From: a virus
Lineage: Duplodnaviria > Caudoviricetes
Virus record (IMG/VR): IMGVR_UViG_3300042360_000483
Location: 1 to 40,415 of that record
Length of the DNA: 40,415 nucleotides
Reading direction: 5' to 3' (one strand)
Positions 6,383 to 15,063 of the stretch are shown piece after piece (within the stretch, counting starts at the first letter, position 1; each line of letters starts with the position of its first letter). A program made the translations under genes and the position numbers. The notes below the pieces were generated by a model that saw nothing but the letters and a program-made list of their open reading frames with translations, had not been told where the DNA came from and did not search any database.

Positions 6383-7602
6383 GCTGCCCTCCGCATCACG
6401 TCGGCGTTGATGCTCGACAGGTCCACGCTCGCTGCGGCGTTCAGCGCCAGCGTCATCAGGTTGTTGATGGCGAGCGGGTAGCACACGGAGCGGTAGCTCT
6501 TGTCGCCGTGCTTGCCGATGGTCAGCCGCGACATGAGGGCACCGAAAGCTGCGTCGTCCATCACGTCGGCCAGGCGCTTGCCTGCGCGCGCCAGGCGGTG
6601 CTCGATGTAGCCCTTGGCGTGGCGGTCCCAGGGCTCCAGCGTCACGAGCTCGCAGCGCTGCGTGACTTCGCGCACCTCGGGATCGAACTCGGACAGCTTG
6701 TCGCGCAGCTCGGGCTGGCCGATCAGCACGATGCCCAGCAGCCGCTGCCGGCCGCTCTTGATCTCGTGGAATCCCTTGAGGTGCCGGATCGCGTGCTTGC
6801 TGAGACGGTGCGCCTCTTCGATCACCAGCAGGTGCTTGTTGCCAGTGCTGGCGCTCTCGGTCAGCAGCCGCTCAACGCGTCTGGCCTTGGCCTGCATGGT
6901 GGCCGGCGCGGGCGCGCTGGGCGCCAGTGCCCAGCAGATCACGTCCATGATGGCGCCGGCGGTGAGCGGGCGGCCCTTGGCCTCGCTGTCGTCCATGCCG
7001 AGCGTGCTCGGCTGGATGATGACGAACTCCTTGCGGTCGCGCTGCAGGCGTTCGATCAGGTCTTCGCGGATCGTGCTCTTGCCGGCACCGCTCTCACCTG
7101 TGACGGCAAGAAAGCCGGCATTGCGCGCGGCGTGCATCAGCGCCTCGCGCACGTACCGCACGTCGGGCGTCTGGAACAGGTCCTCGTCGCTCTCGACCTC
7201 GAGCGCAAACGGGTTGGTGGGCAGACCGAAGCGCTGCTTCGCGGCCTCGGTCAACACTTGCCTTCGGAGTAACATCGTGGGGTCCTCTGCTGTGGTGGTG
7301 GGGGGCAACTCCGGCCCGGTGCTGTTTGCAGCAGCACTGGGCCGATCCTTTTCCGCCGTCGCGGGCGCGGCGGCGGGTGAAACTGCGTTGATGCTCAGCG
7401 CGATCTCGGCTGCGGTCGCGCCCTGCTTGCGCAGCGCGCCTTCGAGCCGCGCGCAAACCTGCGCGCGGTCCACGCGCACCGGCCACACGCCGTGATTGAG
7501 CACGGCCGTCAGCGCGGGCCTGCTCAGGCCGATCTCCGGCGCCAGGTCCTGCTGGCGCAGGCGCAGGCGCTTGAGGGTCAGCGAAAGGGGGTGCAGAGTC
7601 AT
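6379..7602 (-). CDS. Transposition ATPase (MuB-like, ExeA-type AAA) with N-terminal HTH
   Basis: Walker A GESGAGKS, Walker B LLVIEEAH, LIGQPEL; ATG 7602 overlaps the transposase stop; HTH QQDLAPEIGLSRPALTAVL. Confidence 0.9.
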   Translation of the reverse strand: MTLHPLSLTLKRLRLRQQDLAPEIGLSRPALTAVLNHGVWPVRVDRAQVCARLEGALRKQGATAAEIALSINAVSPAAAPATAEKDRPSAAANSTGPELPPTTTAEDPTMLLRRQVLTEAAKQRFGLPTNPFALEVESDEDLFQTPDVRYVREALMHAARNAGFLAVTGESGAGKSTIREDLIERLQRDRKEFVIIQPSTLGMDDSEAKGRPLTAGAIMDVICWALAPSAPAPATMQAKARRVERLLTESASTGNKHLLVIEEAHRLSKHAIRHLKGFHEIKSGRQRLLGIVLIGQPELRDKLSEFDPEVREVTQRCELVTLEPWDRHAKGYIEHRLARAGKRLADVMDDAAFGALMSRLTIGKHGDKSYRSVCYPLAINNLMTLALNAAASVDLSSINADVMRRAA

Positions 7603-9392
7603 GCGGCACCTCCCTGCGCAACGCCGTTGCTCACCAGGCGCAGCGGCTGCGGTGCTGCGGGCGCCTCGGCCGGCGTGGTGCACGCGGCCACAATGCCGGC
7701 GATGGCGGTCTCGGGCACGCCCTGCGCGTAGCGCTCGCCAATCCACTGACGCACGCGCGCGCTGATGGCTTCGTACTCGTGGCGGCCGACCAGGTCGCGC
7801 ACGCGGAACAGTGCGTCGGTCACGCTCAGCATCAGCGGTGCCACGCTCGGCGCGCCGTCCACCTGCAGGTCGGTCGTGGCGCGCGGCAGCCGGTCTGGCA
7901 ACTGCGCGACCTTCACGTCGGCAAACGCGTCGATGTGCGGCAGCGGCCTGGCGCGCTTGCGCTGCGCGGCCTCGGCTTCCTCCAGCGTGTCTACGCCGTA
8001 GGTCTTGAGCAGGACCTCGTTGCGGTTGCGGTCGACCTCGGTCTGCGGTGGTGGCGCAAAGGTCTCGCCCCACACGGCGGCGTCGGCGGCAAAGCCCGCG
8101 GCGTTGAACTGCTGCGGCGCCACCGTGTGCCATGTGTCGTCGGTCTCTGGCCGCAGCAGCGCGCGCACGCGCAGCGTGTCGAGGCAGAACGGATTGGTGA
8201 TGACCTCCACCTTGCCGCCCACGAACACGTGCGGCACGCCGCGCACGGAGTAGATGCGCGAGCGGCGGCCGCGCGCGGCGAAGCTGATGGTCACGTCATC
8301 CGCCACGCGGCGGTGCTCGGGGCTGCTCTCCACGAGCAGGCGCAGCGCATCCGCGTTGGGCGGGATCATCACTTGCTCGGGCCGCGCGCTGGTGAGCAAA
8401 TCAACGCGGTTGCGCTCGATGCCGTCTTTGCGCACGATGGGCACCGTCTCGTTGAAGTGGTGGCCCCACGTGTCGGCGAGCGCGTTGATCTGCTCAACCG
8501 AGCGGATGTCCTCAAACTTCAGCCGGCCCTCGAACTCGCACTCGATGCGGTTGTGGAACCCTTCCACGCCGCCCTTGGCGCGCGCGTTGCCGACCGAGTG
8601 CACGATCACGCGCACGTTGAGCCTGTCCATCAGCAGCAGCACTTCGTCGCTCACGTTGGCCGCACCGGGATCGAGGATCAAAATGCGCGGCACACCGCGC
8701 AGGGGGTCGCGCTCGCCCTTGGCGGTGAAGGCCCAGAGCAGGAAGTCGAGCAGGTTGCGCACGCTCTCGCCGCCGGTGCAGTAGCGCGCGCGGCCATAGC
8801 CGGAGTAGTGATCGCGAATGGCGTAGCGCAGCAGGCGCTTGCGGGCGATCTTTTCGAAGTGATCGGGCTTGTTGTCGTTGAACTCGACCGGCCCCATGTT
8901 GCGCAGGCCGCGGCTCTCATCGAGGTAGTACAGGGTGGGGATGGAGGCATCCACCTGCACCACGTGCAACGGGTGGTCGCTGCGCATGCTGCTGGCCGGG
9001 TCCGGCGCGGAGAGCTGCGTCGGGTGCAGGCCCAACGACCATAGCTTGCGCGTGAGGCGGCCGGCGCCGACGGGCATCTCAATGCCGTTGGCGGCCACGA
9101 TGTCGCTGGCGCGCGTCACGCTCAGCGTGCGCTTGCCGTTGGCGCGCACGCTGGCCATGACCATCGCGGTGGCGGTGAGCGCTGCGTCGCGGTCGACCGA
9201 GGTGTCGCCAGCGTCTGAGCGCCGCACACGGCCGCTCACGCGGCCGCAGCGGTTAAGGTAGCGCTCGAGCTGGCGCACGCTCACGCCCATGCAGGATGCC
9301 CAGCGCGCCTTGATTGACGCACGGTCGCCGTGCGGCGCGGCGCGCAGTTCATCGCGCGCCTTGATGGTCAGGCCGACTTCGGACTCGGTCAT
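7599..9392 (-). CDS. DDE transposase (MuA-like)
   Basis: VVQVDAS, LILDPGAAN, NARAKGGVEGFH catalytic D-D-E motifs; 597 aa; adjacent ATPase. Confidence 0.92.
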   Translation of the reverse strand: MTESEVGLTIKARDELRAAPHGDRASIKARWASCMGVSVRQLERYLNRCGRVSGRVRRSDAGDTSVDRDAALTATAMVMASVRANGKRTLSVTRASDIVAANGIEMPVGAGRLTRKLWSLGLHPTQLSAPDPASSMRSDHPLHVVQVDASIPTLYYLDESRGLRNMGPVEFNDNKPDHFEKIARKRLLRYAIRDHYSGYGRARYCTGGESVRNLLDFLLWAFTAKGERDPLRGVPRILILDPGAANVSDEVLLLMDRLNVRVIVHSVGNARAKGGVEGFHNRIECEFEGRLKFEDIRSVEQINALADTWGHHFNETVPIVRKDGIERNRVDLLTSARPEQVMIPPNADALRLLVESSPEHRRVADDVTISFAARGRRSRIYSVRGVPHVFVGGKVEVITNPFCLDTLRVRALLRPETDDTWHTVAPQQFNAAGFAADAAVWGETFAPPPQTEVDRNRNEVLLKTYGVDTLEEAEAAQRKRARPLPHIDAFADVKVAQLPDRLPRATTDLQVDGAPSVAPLMLSVTDALFRVRDLVGRHEYEAISARVRQWIGERYAQGVPETAIAGIVAACTTPAEAPAAPQPLRLVSNGVAQGGAA

Positions 9393-10291
9393 TTCTTGGC
9401 GCCAAGCGCGGCGGTGGCAAGGTCCGCATACGAGTACCAGCGGCGCAGCTCGCTATCAACAAGCCCGCTGATCTGCTGCACACAGGCCACGCTCACGCGC
9501 GGGTCGGTGCGGGCGTCGAGCAGCACCTGGCCGATGAGCGAGGTGGGCTTGAGAATCTCATCGAGCGCGCGCTTCACGGCCTCGATCTGCACAGCGTCGT
9601 GCACGCTCTGCGCCTCGGCCTCGTCACTGGGCACGAACGCCTTCAGCGACTTGATCTCCTTCTTGGCGGCCGTAAGGTCAGCGGCTTGGCTGCTCACCAC
9701 TTCATCGAGCTCGTTGAGCTTGGCGGCCGTGGCGTCGGCCTGGCGGCGCGAGGCGGTGAGGTCCTCCACCAGGTCACTGATCAGCGCGCGGATGGCCTTG
9801 CCGTCGGCAGCGCCGCCGCCGATGGCGGCCTCGATCTTGGCCCGCTCGGGCGCGGGCAGCGCGCGCAGGGCGCGCATGTCGCTGTAGCGCAGGCACAGTG
9901 TCTGCGCGCTCTCATACAGCGCGTCGCCGAGGTCGCTGAGGTTCTGCAGGTCCTCTTCCATCGACCGGTAGCTGCGGTCGAAGGCCAGCAGGCAGAACGA
10001 CTCCAGCGTGTCGGCGCGGATGCTGTTGCCCAGCTCGTCTTGCAGGTACAGGCCCTTGTAGGCGCCGCTGGTCTTGAGCTGGTCATAGGCGCGCAGCATG
10101 GCGACGCGCGAGAGGTTGGCCATTGCGCGCGCCATCTGGTAGCGCCCGACCAAGATGCCGGCGGCGCCCGCCTCTTGCATGGCGGCGATGACCATTGCGC
10201 CGTCACTGCCTGCCGCCTGCAGGGCATGGGCGTCGTCGATGACCTCGACGGGCAGCGGCGCGGGGACGGACGTGCTGGGCTTGCGTGGCAC
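9389..10291 (-). CDS. DUF3102-like phage protein
   Basis: 300 aa helical protein upstream of the transposase, as in B3-like phages; FCLLAFDRSYRSMEEDLQNL. Confidence 0.55.
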   Translation of the reverse strand: MPRKPSTSVPAPLPVEVIDDAHALQAAGSDGAMVIAAMQEAGAAGILVGRYQMARAMANLSRVAMLRAYDQLKTSGAYKGLYLQDELGNSIRADTLESFCLLAFDRSYRSMEEDLQNLSDLGDALYESAQTLCLRYSDMRALRALPAPERAKIEAAIGGGAADGKAIRALISDLVEDLTASRRQADATAAKLNELDEVVSSQAADLTAAKKEIKSLKAFVPSDEAEAQSVHDAVQIEAVKRALDEILKPTSLIGQVLLDARTDPRVSVACVQQISGLVDSELRRWYSYADLATAALGAKK

Positions 10292-10303
10292 GGTGGGTGC
10301 TCC

Positions 10304-10639
10304 TTAGTCTGTGGTGGTGGGGGTGCGGCTGTAGCGCTGGCGCATCTCGGCCAGTTCTCGTTCTGCGCGCGCCAGGTCAATCTCATGGGCGCGCGCCAGT
10401 TGCACGATGGCCGGGCCAAGGCGGTAACGGCCCTCGGTCCGGCTGGTCTCGACCACGCCGCGGCGGATGAGCTGCGCCAGCAGCCGCGTGACCTGGGCCG
10501 GCGTGGCCTTGGCGCTGCGGGCGATGTCGCCGGGCGACATGCCGTTGACGGCGTTGCCGGAGAGGGCCTCGATGACGCGCAAGGCGCGGTCAACGGCCTC
10601 GGAATCGGGGTAGCGGTCGATATCCATTAGGCGGGTCAA
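10304..10639 (-). CDS. IclR-type HTH DNA-binding protein
   Basis: AVDRALRVIEAL...GMSPGDIARS...VTRLLAQL...GRYRLGP. Confidence 0.8.
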   Translation of the reverse strand: MTRLMDIDRYPDSEAVDRALRVIEALSGNAVNGMSPGDIARSAKATPAQVTRLLAQLIRRGVVETSRTEGRYRLGPAIVQLARAHEIDLARAERELAEMRQRYSRTPTTTD

Positions 10640-10911
10640 TCTGCGACGGTCGCAGGTTTGCGCAGTGCGGCAACCTTACGAATCAATGACTTGGGGTTTT
10701 CGATCTGCGACGCGTCGCAGGTTTTGTCAGGCCAGACCTGCGCCACCTTCATGCCGAGCGCGCGGGCGATTGCTGAGCGGACGCGGCGGTTGTGCCGGTG
10801 GCCGTGGATGACGTAGGAGACGAGCGCCCTCGACACGCCAAGCCGCGCGGCGATGTGCGCTGAGCTTTGGCCGTGAATTCGCAGTTGCGCGGCGATGAGG
10901 CCGGGGTGCAT
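10636..10911 (-). CDS. ner: Ner-like transcriptional regulator
   Basis: MHPGLIAAQLR...IAARLGVSRALVS...IARALG...VWPD; first early gene, divergent from the repressor. Confidence 0.8.
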   Translation of the reverse strand: MHPGLIAAQLRIHGQSSAHIAARLGVSRALVSYVIHGHRHNRRVRSAIARALGMKVAQVWPDKTCDASQIENPKSLIRKVAALRKPATVAD

Positions 10912-10938
10912 AGTCGCGTGGCGTTAATCAGTTCACGG

Positions 10939-10991
10939 ATTATTCAACGCATTGCGTTGAATTGTCAAGCATAGGCCGCAGTGCGTTGTAT
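10939..10991 (-). promoter_or_regulatory. Early promoter with overlapping repressor operators
   Basis: Minus-strand TTGACA (10963-68), 18 bp, AATAAT (10939-44); 21-bp palindrome ATTCAACGCA-T-TGCGTTGAAT 10942-10962; partial second copy CGCAGTGCGTTGTAT 10977-10991. Confidence 0.8.
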
Positions 10992-10993
10992 CC

Positions 10994-11413
10994 ATGCCCC
11001 GAGTTGCGGTCAACCTCTCCGCGCAGATGCGTCGCGTCTTTAGTGCGCTGAACGTGTCCGCCTACTCCGAGGCTGCGGCCCTGCTGTCCCTTCCTGACGC
11101 GCCGGTTGCCCCGACGACCGTGCAGAGTTGGAATGCCCGCGGCGTCCCCGCGTGGCGCCTCGAACAGATCGCGCAGCGCACCGGCTGTCGAATCTCCTGG
11201 CTGCGCGACGGCGAGGGGCCGCAGTACGATCGCAACCCCGGCCTGGTCGTGAGCGAGCCTGTGTCTACCTACGATGCGCTGAGCCCTCGGGAGCGGGCGT
11301 TGCTCGACAACTATCGCGCACTCGACGAGGCCGCCAAGAGCGCGCTTGAGCAGACAAGCGCTGTCCTGGCGCAACAGACCCACAACCCCAAACGGCGGCG
11401 GCGAGCCGCGTAG
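10994..11413 (+). CDS. Phage repressor (HTH)
   Basis: TTVQSWNARGVP...GCRISWLRDGEG and LSPRERALLDNYRAL; divergent from ner; no SD before the ATG. Confidence 0.8.
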   Translation: MPRVAVNLSAQMRRVFSALNVSAYSEAAALLSLPDAPVAPTTVQSWNARGVPAWRLEQIAQRTGCRISWLRDGEGPQYDRNPGLVVSEPVSTYDALSPRERALLDNYRALDEAAKSALEQTSAVLAQQTHNPKRRRRAA

Positions 11414-11421
11414 GAGCAACC

Positions 11422-11913
11422 ATGCGAACGAGATCTGCGATCTGTGCGGTGGCGGTGTTTGCCGCCGCGGCGGCTGACGCTCAGGTGTATCGCTGCACCG
11501 ATGGGGACGGCCGCCTGACGTTCTCCGATCAGCCCTGCCCGCGCGGCGCGGCCCAGGCGCGGCAGGAGGCGCGGCCGTCAAGCGGTGGCTTTGCTGCGCC
11601 GCGCGCGGTGCCCGCGCAGACGCCAGCGCCCGCGCCAGTCGCGGCGCCTGCGCCGGTGGCGCCGGTGGCGTCAGGCCCCGCGCAACCGGTGCCGCCGCCG
11701 GGCGTAAATCTGGACTTTGCCGCTCAGCAGGGGCGCTTGGTGGTGGGGATGAGCCAGGACCAGGTGCGCCGCGCGTGGGGCGACCCGACGCGCACCTCCA
11801 GGCGCGTGCTCGAGCGCGGGCTGCACGAGGAGTGGCATTGGATCGACAACACCACGCGGCAGCGCGAGGTGGTTTTCTCGAACGGGGTGGTCGCCAGCTT
11901 TACCGATCGCTGA
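11422..11913 (+). CDS. Secreted DUF4124-family protein with Pro/Ala linker
   Basis: Signal peptide ending ADA-Q, VYRCTDGDGRLTFSDQPC motif, C-terminal GMSQDQVRRAWGDP domain; GGAG RBS. Confidence 0.8.
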   Translation: MRTRSAICAVAVFAAAAADAQVYRCTDGDGRLTFSDQPCPRGAAQARQEARPSSGGFAAPRAVPAQTPAPAPVAAPAPVAPVASGPAQPVPPPGVNLDFAAQQGRLVVGMSQDQVRRAWGDPTRTSRRVLERGLHEEWHWIDNTTRQREVVFSNGVVASFTDR

Positions 11914-11991
11914 TCGGCTAGGAAAATCGAGCGCCGAACGATCGTTAGATCGCTCCCCCTCATTCGAGGGTTTGCCCCGATGAAAAAGCAC

Positions 11992-12020
11992 TTGCGCACT
12001 ACGCGCATTGCGCGTATATT
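11992..12020 (+). promoter_or_regulatory. Sigma70-type promoter with palindromic operator
   Basis: TTGCGC, 17 bp, TATATT; TACGCGCA-T-TGCGCGTA 12000-12016 in the spacer. Confidence 0.7.
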
Positions 12021-12087
12021 TCTGCACATGGACAGAGCGTTTCTGTCCACCGTCCGGGCCGGTAGCCCGTGTGATTGGAAACCTGAC

Positions 12088-12399
12088 ATGACCTCGATGT
12101 GGATTGGCCCTGATGAGACCCTGACCGTTGGCCAAATCGGCTTCCTCGTCCAAAAGCACCAGACCATGAAAGGCTGGCAGCGCCACGAACTGCGCGATGT
12201 CCCGGCCCACACCAACCAGTCGAACGAGCCCCGCCTCCACGGCTGGTGCGGCACCTACAACGACCTCGCCACGCACGCTCGCGGCATGGTCCGCGTGGAG
12301 CGCGTGGCAAAAAACGGCAGGGCTTACGTCCGCGAACTCGACGGCGCCGAACTGGCCGCCGCGCTCGATGAACTCGGCTACCCCGAACTCGCGTCCTGA
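12088..12399 (+). CDS. Hypothetical moron protein
   Basis: ATG 12088 lies downstream of the promoter; the longer 11980 start would lie upstream of it. Confidence 0.62.
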   Translation: MTSMWIGPDETLTVGQIGFLVQKHQTMKGWQRHELRDVPAHTNQSNEPRLHGWCGTYNDLATHARGMVRVERVAKNGRAYVRELDGAELAAALDELGYPELAS

Positions 12400-12580
12400 G
12401 CCAGAGCCGGCCGTCATCCGCGCAACGCGGGAGGCGGCCGGCCTTTCCCAAACAGCCGCTGGCGCACTCGTGCACACCACCTGCCGAACGTGGCAGCAGT
12501 GGGAGGCCGGAGACCGGCGCATGCACCCCGCGTTCTGGGAACTGTTTTTGCTCAAGTCGCGCTCCAAATCCGCGATCTAA
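12368..12580 (+). CDS. XRE-family HTH regulator
   Basis: VIRATREAAGLSQTAAGALVHTTCRTWQQWEAGDRRMHPAFWELF. Confidence 0.82.
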   Translation: MNSATPNSRPEPEPAVIRATREAAGLSQTAAGALVHTTCRTWQQWEAGDRRMHPAFWELFLLKSRSKSAI

Positions 12581-12660
12581 CTGGGCGCTCCAGGCGACCG
12601 GCCCTGGCGGGCCGGATCGAGCGCCGAACGATCGTTCGGCGCCCGGCGCCCCTGCTGGGC

Positions 12661-12705
12661 TTGGTTCACGTAGCGCACTGCGCCCCCAATGGGCACAGTG
12701 CGCCC
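12661..12705 (+). promoter_or_regulatory. Putative activator-dependent late promoter (lysis)
   Basis: TTGGTTCACGTAGCG-N16-GGCACAGTGCGCCC-ATG, repeated at 24524. Confidence 0.72.
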
Positions 12706-13302
12706 ATGCCTGCCGCCCCCCCGCCCGCTGAGCACCGCTCGCGCCAAGACACCCAGGGCTCCGCCTTTACGGCCGCGTTTGGCCGGCTCGTTGCGGTCGA
12801 GGGCGGGTACGTCAACGATCCCGCGGACTCCGGCGGCCGCACAAACTGGGGCATCACCGAACCGGTTGCGCGCGCCTACGGCTACAGCGGCGCGATGAGC
12901 GAGCTGCCCCGCTCGCTTGTTGAGCGCATCTACCGGTCCGAGTACTGGCTCGTACTGGGGTGTGAGGACATCGCCTGGCGCAGCGTCGCGGTGGCCGAAG
13001 AGTTGTTCGAGGCTGGCGTCAACTGCGGCGTGACGCGCGTAGCGATGTGGCTGCAGCGGTCGCTCAACGCGCTCAACGACTCTGCCAGCCGCTGGCCTGA
13101 CCTGGTGATGGATGGTCGGGTTGGCCCGGTGACGTTGGCGGCGCTGTTCCATGCGCTCGCGCGCAGCGGCGGCGAGCGCGTGATCCTCGCGGCGCTCAAC
13201 TCGCTGCAGGGCGAGCACTACATCGCGCTGGCCGAGCGGCGGCCGAAGGACGAGCGGTTTGTCTGGGGCTGGCTGGCTCATCGTGTGCAGGTGCCGCGGT
13301 GA
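12706..13302 (+). CDS. Endolysin, glycoside hydrolase family 108 with peptidoglycan-binding domain
   Basis: EGGYVNDPADSGGRTNWGIT, DGRVGPVT, FVWGWLAHRV. Confidence 0.92.
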   Translation: MPAAPPPAEHRSRQDTQGSAFTAAFGRLVAVEGGYVNDPADSGGRTNWGITEPVARAYGYSGAMSELPRSLVERIYRSEYWLVLGCEDIAWRSVAVAEELFEAGVNCGVTRVAMWLQRSLNALNDSASRWPDLVMDGRVGPVTLAALFHALARSGGERVILAALNSLQGEHYIALAERRPKDERFVWGWLAHRVQVPR

Positions 13303-13598
13303 CCTCGCCCGCGCGCAACAACCAGCCGAGCAAGCCTGCGCGCAACAGCGCGGTGGTTGTTGCGCGCGCGGAGATCGAGGCGCTGCTGGCTGCCGGCGCC
13401 GTGGCCGTGGCGCTGTACCTCTGGCGCGACGTGCTGCGGCCGCGCGCCCACCCCGACAGCCAATTGCCGATCCCCGCGGACTCGTACCTCGTGGGTGTGT
13501 ACCAGGCGGTGCCCGGGGCGCTGCGCCTGGCCGACGACGTGGCCGCAACGCGGCTCGCGCGGGATCACGACCTGTTTCAGCGGGCTCGACATGCGTAA
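13299..13598 (+). CDS. Hypothetical protein in lysis cassette
   Basis: GTGA overlap with the lysin stop; overlaps the holin start. Confidence 0.5.
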   Translation: MTSPARNNQPSKPARNSAVVVARAEIEALLAAGAVAVALYLWRDVLRPRAHPDSQLPIPADSYLVGVYQAVPGALRLADDVAATRLARDHDLFQRARHA

Positions 13599-13830
13599 TC
13601 AGAGACGTGCTGCGGGCTGCAAGCCCTGGTGGCGCAGCCGGACCGTGTGGTTCAACGCGGGTACGTCCGCGCTGCTGCTGCTGGACGCCGTTGCGGCCAA
13701 CCTCGGCATGCTGCAGCCGCTGGTGCCGCCCGGTGCGTGGCCGTGGGTCGCGGCCGTGGTCACTGTGGTCAATCTGTGGCTGCGCGCCATCACCAGTGGC
13801 GGCATCACCTGGCGCGGAGATGCGCAGTGA
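13591..13830 (+). CDS. Putative holin
   Basis: 79 aa, KPWWRSRTVWFN, two hydrophobic segments, NLWLRAIT. Confidence 0.7.
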   Translation: MRNQRRAAGCKPWWRSRTVWFNAGTSALLLLDAVAANLGMLQPLVPPGAWPWVAAVVTVVNLWLRAITSGGITWRGDAQ

Positions 13831-14465
13831 TGAGCACGCTGCAGCTCGTGCGCGTGGCACTGCCCTTGCTGCTGCTTCTGCTGCTCGTGGGCGCGGTGTG
13901 GTCTGCCTGGCGCATTGGCGTGAGCGACGGTCGCTCCGGTCTGCTGGCCGAGCAGGCGGCGCTGGCCGCCGAAGCGGCGCGCGAGTCCCGCGCGCTGGCC
14001 GGCGCTGCGGTCGAGCGCGCGCACGGCGCGGCGGCCGGCGCCATCGACGAAACGTATTCGAGGCTCGCCCAGGAGGCCCGCCGTGTCACCCGATCGCCAC
14101 GCGCTGCTGCGCCCGTTGTCCGAGATGCCGTCGCACCCGCCGGCGAGCAGCGATCCGCTGTGGCTGCGGTGGCCCCTGCTGAGGTGGATGCTGATCGCGT
14201 TGCTGTTGCTGCTGCCGCTTGCCTTGACGGGCCTGCTGTCGGGGTGTGGAACGACGCCGTCGCCGCCTATGCAGCGCGCGCCGGAGCCGCCGGCGCAGTT
14301 TCGGGCGCCCTGCCCGCCGCCGCCCACGCTGCAGCAGGGGACGGCCGAGGAAGTGCTGAGCGCCTGGGTGGAGGCGATGCGCCTGTACTCGCGCTGCGAG
14401 CAGACGCGGGCCGATCTGCTGGAGTGGACGCGCACGCAGCGCTAGATCCCGGTGCCGAGTACTGA
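13830..14465 (+). CDS. i-spanin (Rz-like)
   Basis: N-terminal TM helix, Ala-rich periplasmic part; contains an embedded lipoprotein ORF. Confidence 0.7.
   Translation: MSTLQLVRVALPLLLLLLLVGAVWSAWRIGVSDGRSGLLAEQAALAAEAARESRALAGAAVERAHGAAAGAIDETYSRLAQEARRVTRSPRAAAPVVRDAVAPAGEQRSAVAAVAPAEVDADRVAVAAAACLDGPAVGVWNDAVAAYAARAGAAGAVSGALPAAAHAAAGDGRGSAERLGGGDAPVLALRADAGRSAGVDAHAALDPGAEY
14188..14445 (+). CDS. o-spanin (Rz1-like lipoprotein), fully embedded; start uncertain
   Basis: Hydrophobic signal, lipobox LLSG-C, Pro-rich mature part, +1 frame within the i-spanin. Confidence 0.75.
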   Translation: MLIALLLLLPLALTGLLSGCGTTPSPPMQRAPEPPAQFRAPCPPPPTLQQGTAEEVLSAWVEAMRLYSRCEQTRADLLEWTRTQR

Positions 14466-14488
14466 TCAACTACGACGGAGATGACGAC

Positions 14489-15007
14489 ATGACCCAGTCC
14501 CTTAGGGCCGCAACCGCCCGCGTGCTCGCGCTGCTGGCGCTGCTGTGTGGCGTGCTGGCCCCAGCCGCGCAGGGCCAAGCGCTCACCGACCATGCGGAGA
14601 ACCGCGTGGTGGATGCGCTGTTCCGGGCGCAGGCGCTGAATGCGCCGGCCACGTGGTGGGTGGCGCTCTACACGACGAGCTGCTCGGACACGGGCGGCGG
14701 TACGGAGGTCAGCGGCGGCAGCTATGCGCGCGCATCGCTGGGCAGCGCGCTGGCGAACTGGGCCGGCACTCAGAGCGCCGGCAGCACCACCGCGAGCACG
14801 GGCACTGGCGGCACGACGAGCAACAACAGCGCGATCAACTTCGCCACGCCCACCGCGGGGTGGGGCACCGTCACGCACTGGGGGCTGGTAGACGCTGCGT
14901 CTGCGGGCAACGTGTGGATCTGCGCCGCGCTGACCGTGAGCAAGGCGATCAACAGCGGCGACGCGGTCAGCTTCGCGGCGGGCGCGCTGACGGTGACGTT
15001 GCAGTAG
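14489..15007 (+). CDS. Phage fibre-associated structural protein with signal-peptide-like N-terminus
   Basis: ALTDHAENRVVDALFR...GTEVSGGSYAR...WGTVTHWGLVDAASAGN motif; GGAG RBS. Confidence 0.65.
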   Translation: MTQSLRAATARVLALLALLCGVLAPAAQGQALTDHAENRVVDALFRAQALNAPATWWVALYTTSCSDTGGGTEVSGGSYARASLGSALANWAGTQSAGSTTASTGTGGTTSNNSAINFATPTAGWGTVTHWGLVDAASAGNVWICAALTVSKAINSGDAVSFAAGALTVTLQ

Positions 15008-15063
15008 TCCAACGGCTGAAATCAACTTGACTACGCTGACTATGACTACGAGGCGCCGACACA

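Larger units (their letters stand above)
11926..12636 (+). repeat. 21-bp direct repeats flanking a two-gene moron
   Basis: ATCGAGCGCCGAACGATCGTT at 11926-11946 and 12616-12636. Confidence 0.85.

Noticed and set aside
6379-8133. 584-aa version of the ATPase ORF
   Set aside because: The extension overlaps the transposase in another frame; the ATGA-coupled start at 7602 is more plausible
11933-11950. Sixth attC site at GCCGAAC...GTTAGAT
   Set aside because: Only 4 bp separate the R-like boxes and there are no L boxes; treated as part of the moron repeat
11980-12087. Upstream start for the moron gene
   Set aside because: It would run through the predicted promoter and operator; ATG 12088 is preferred
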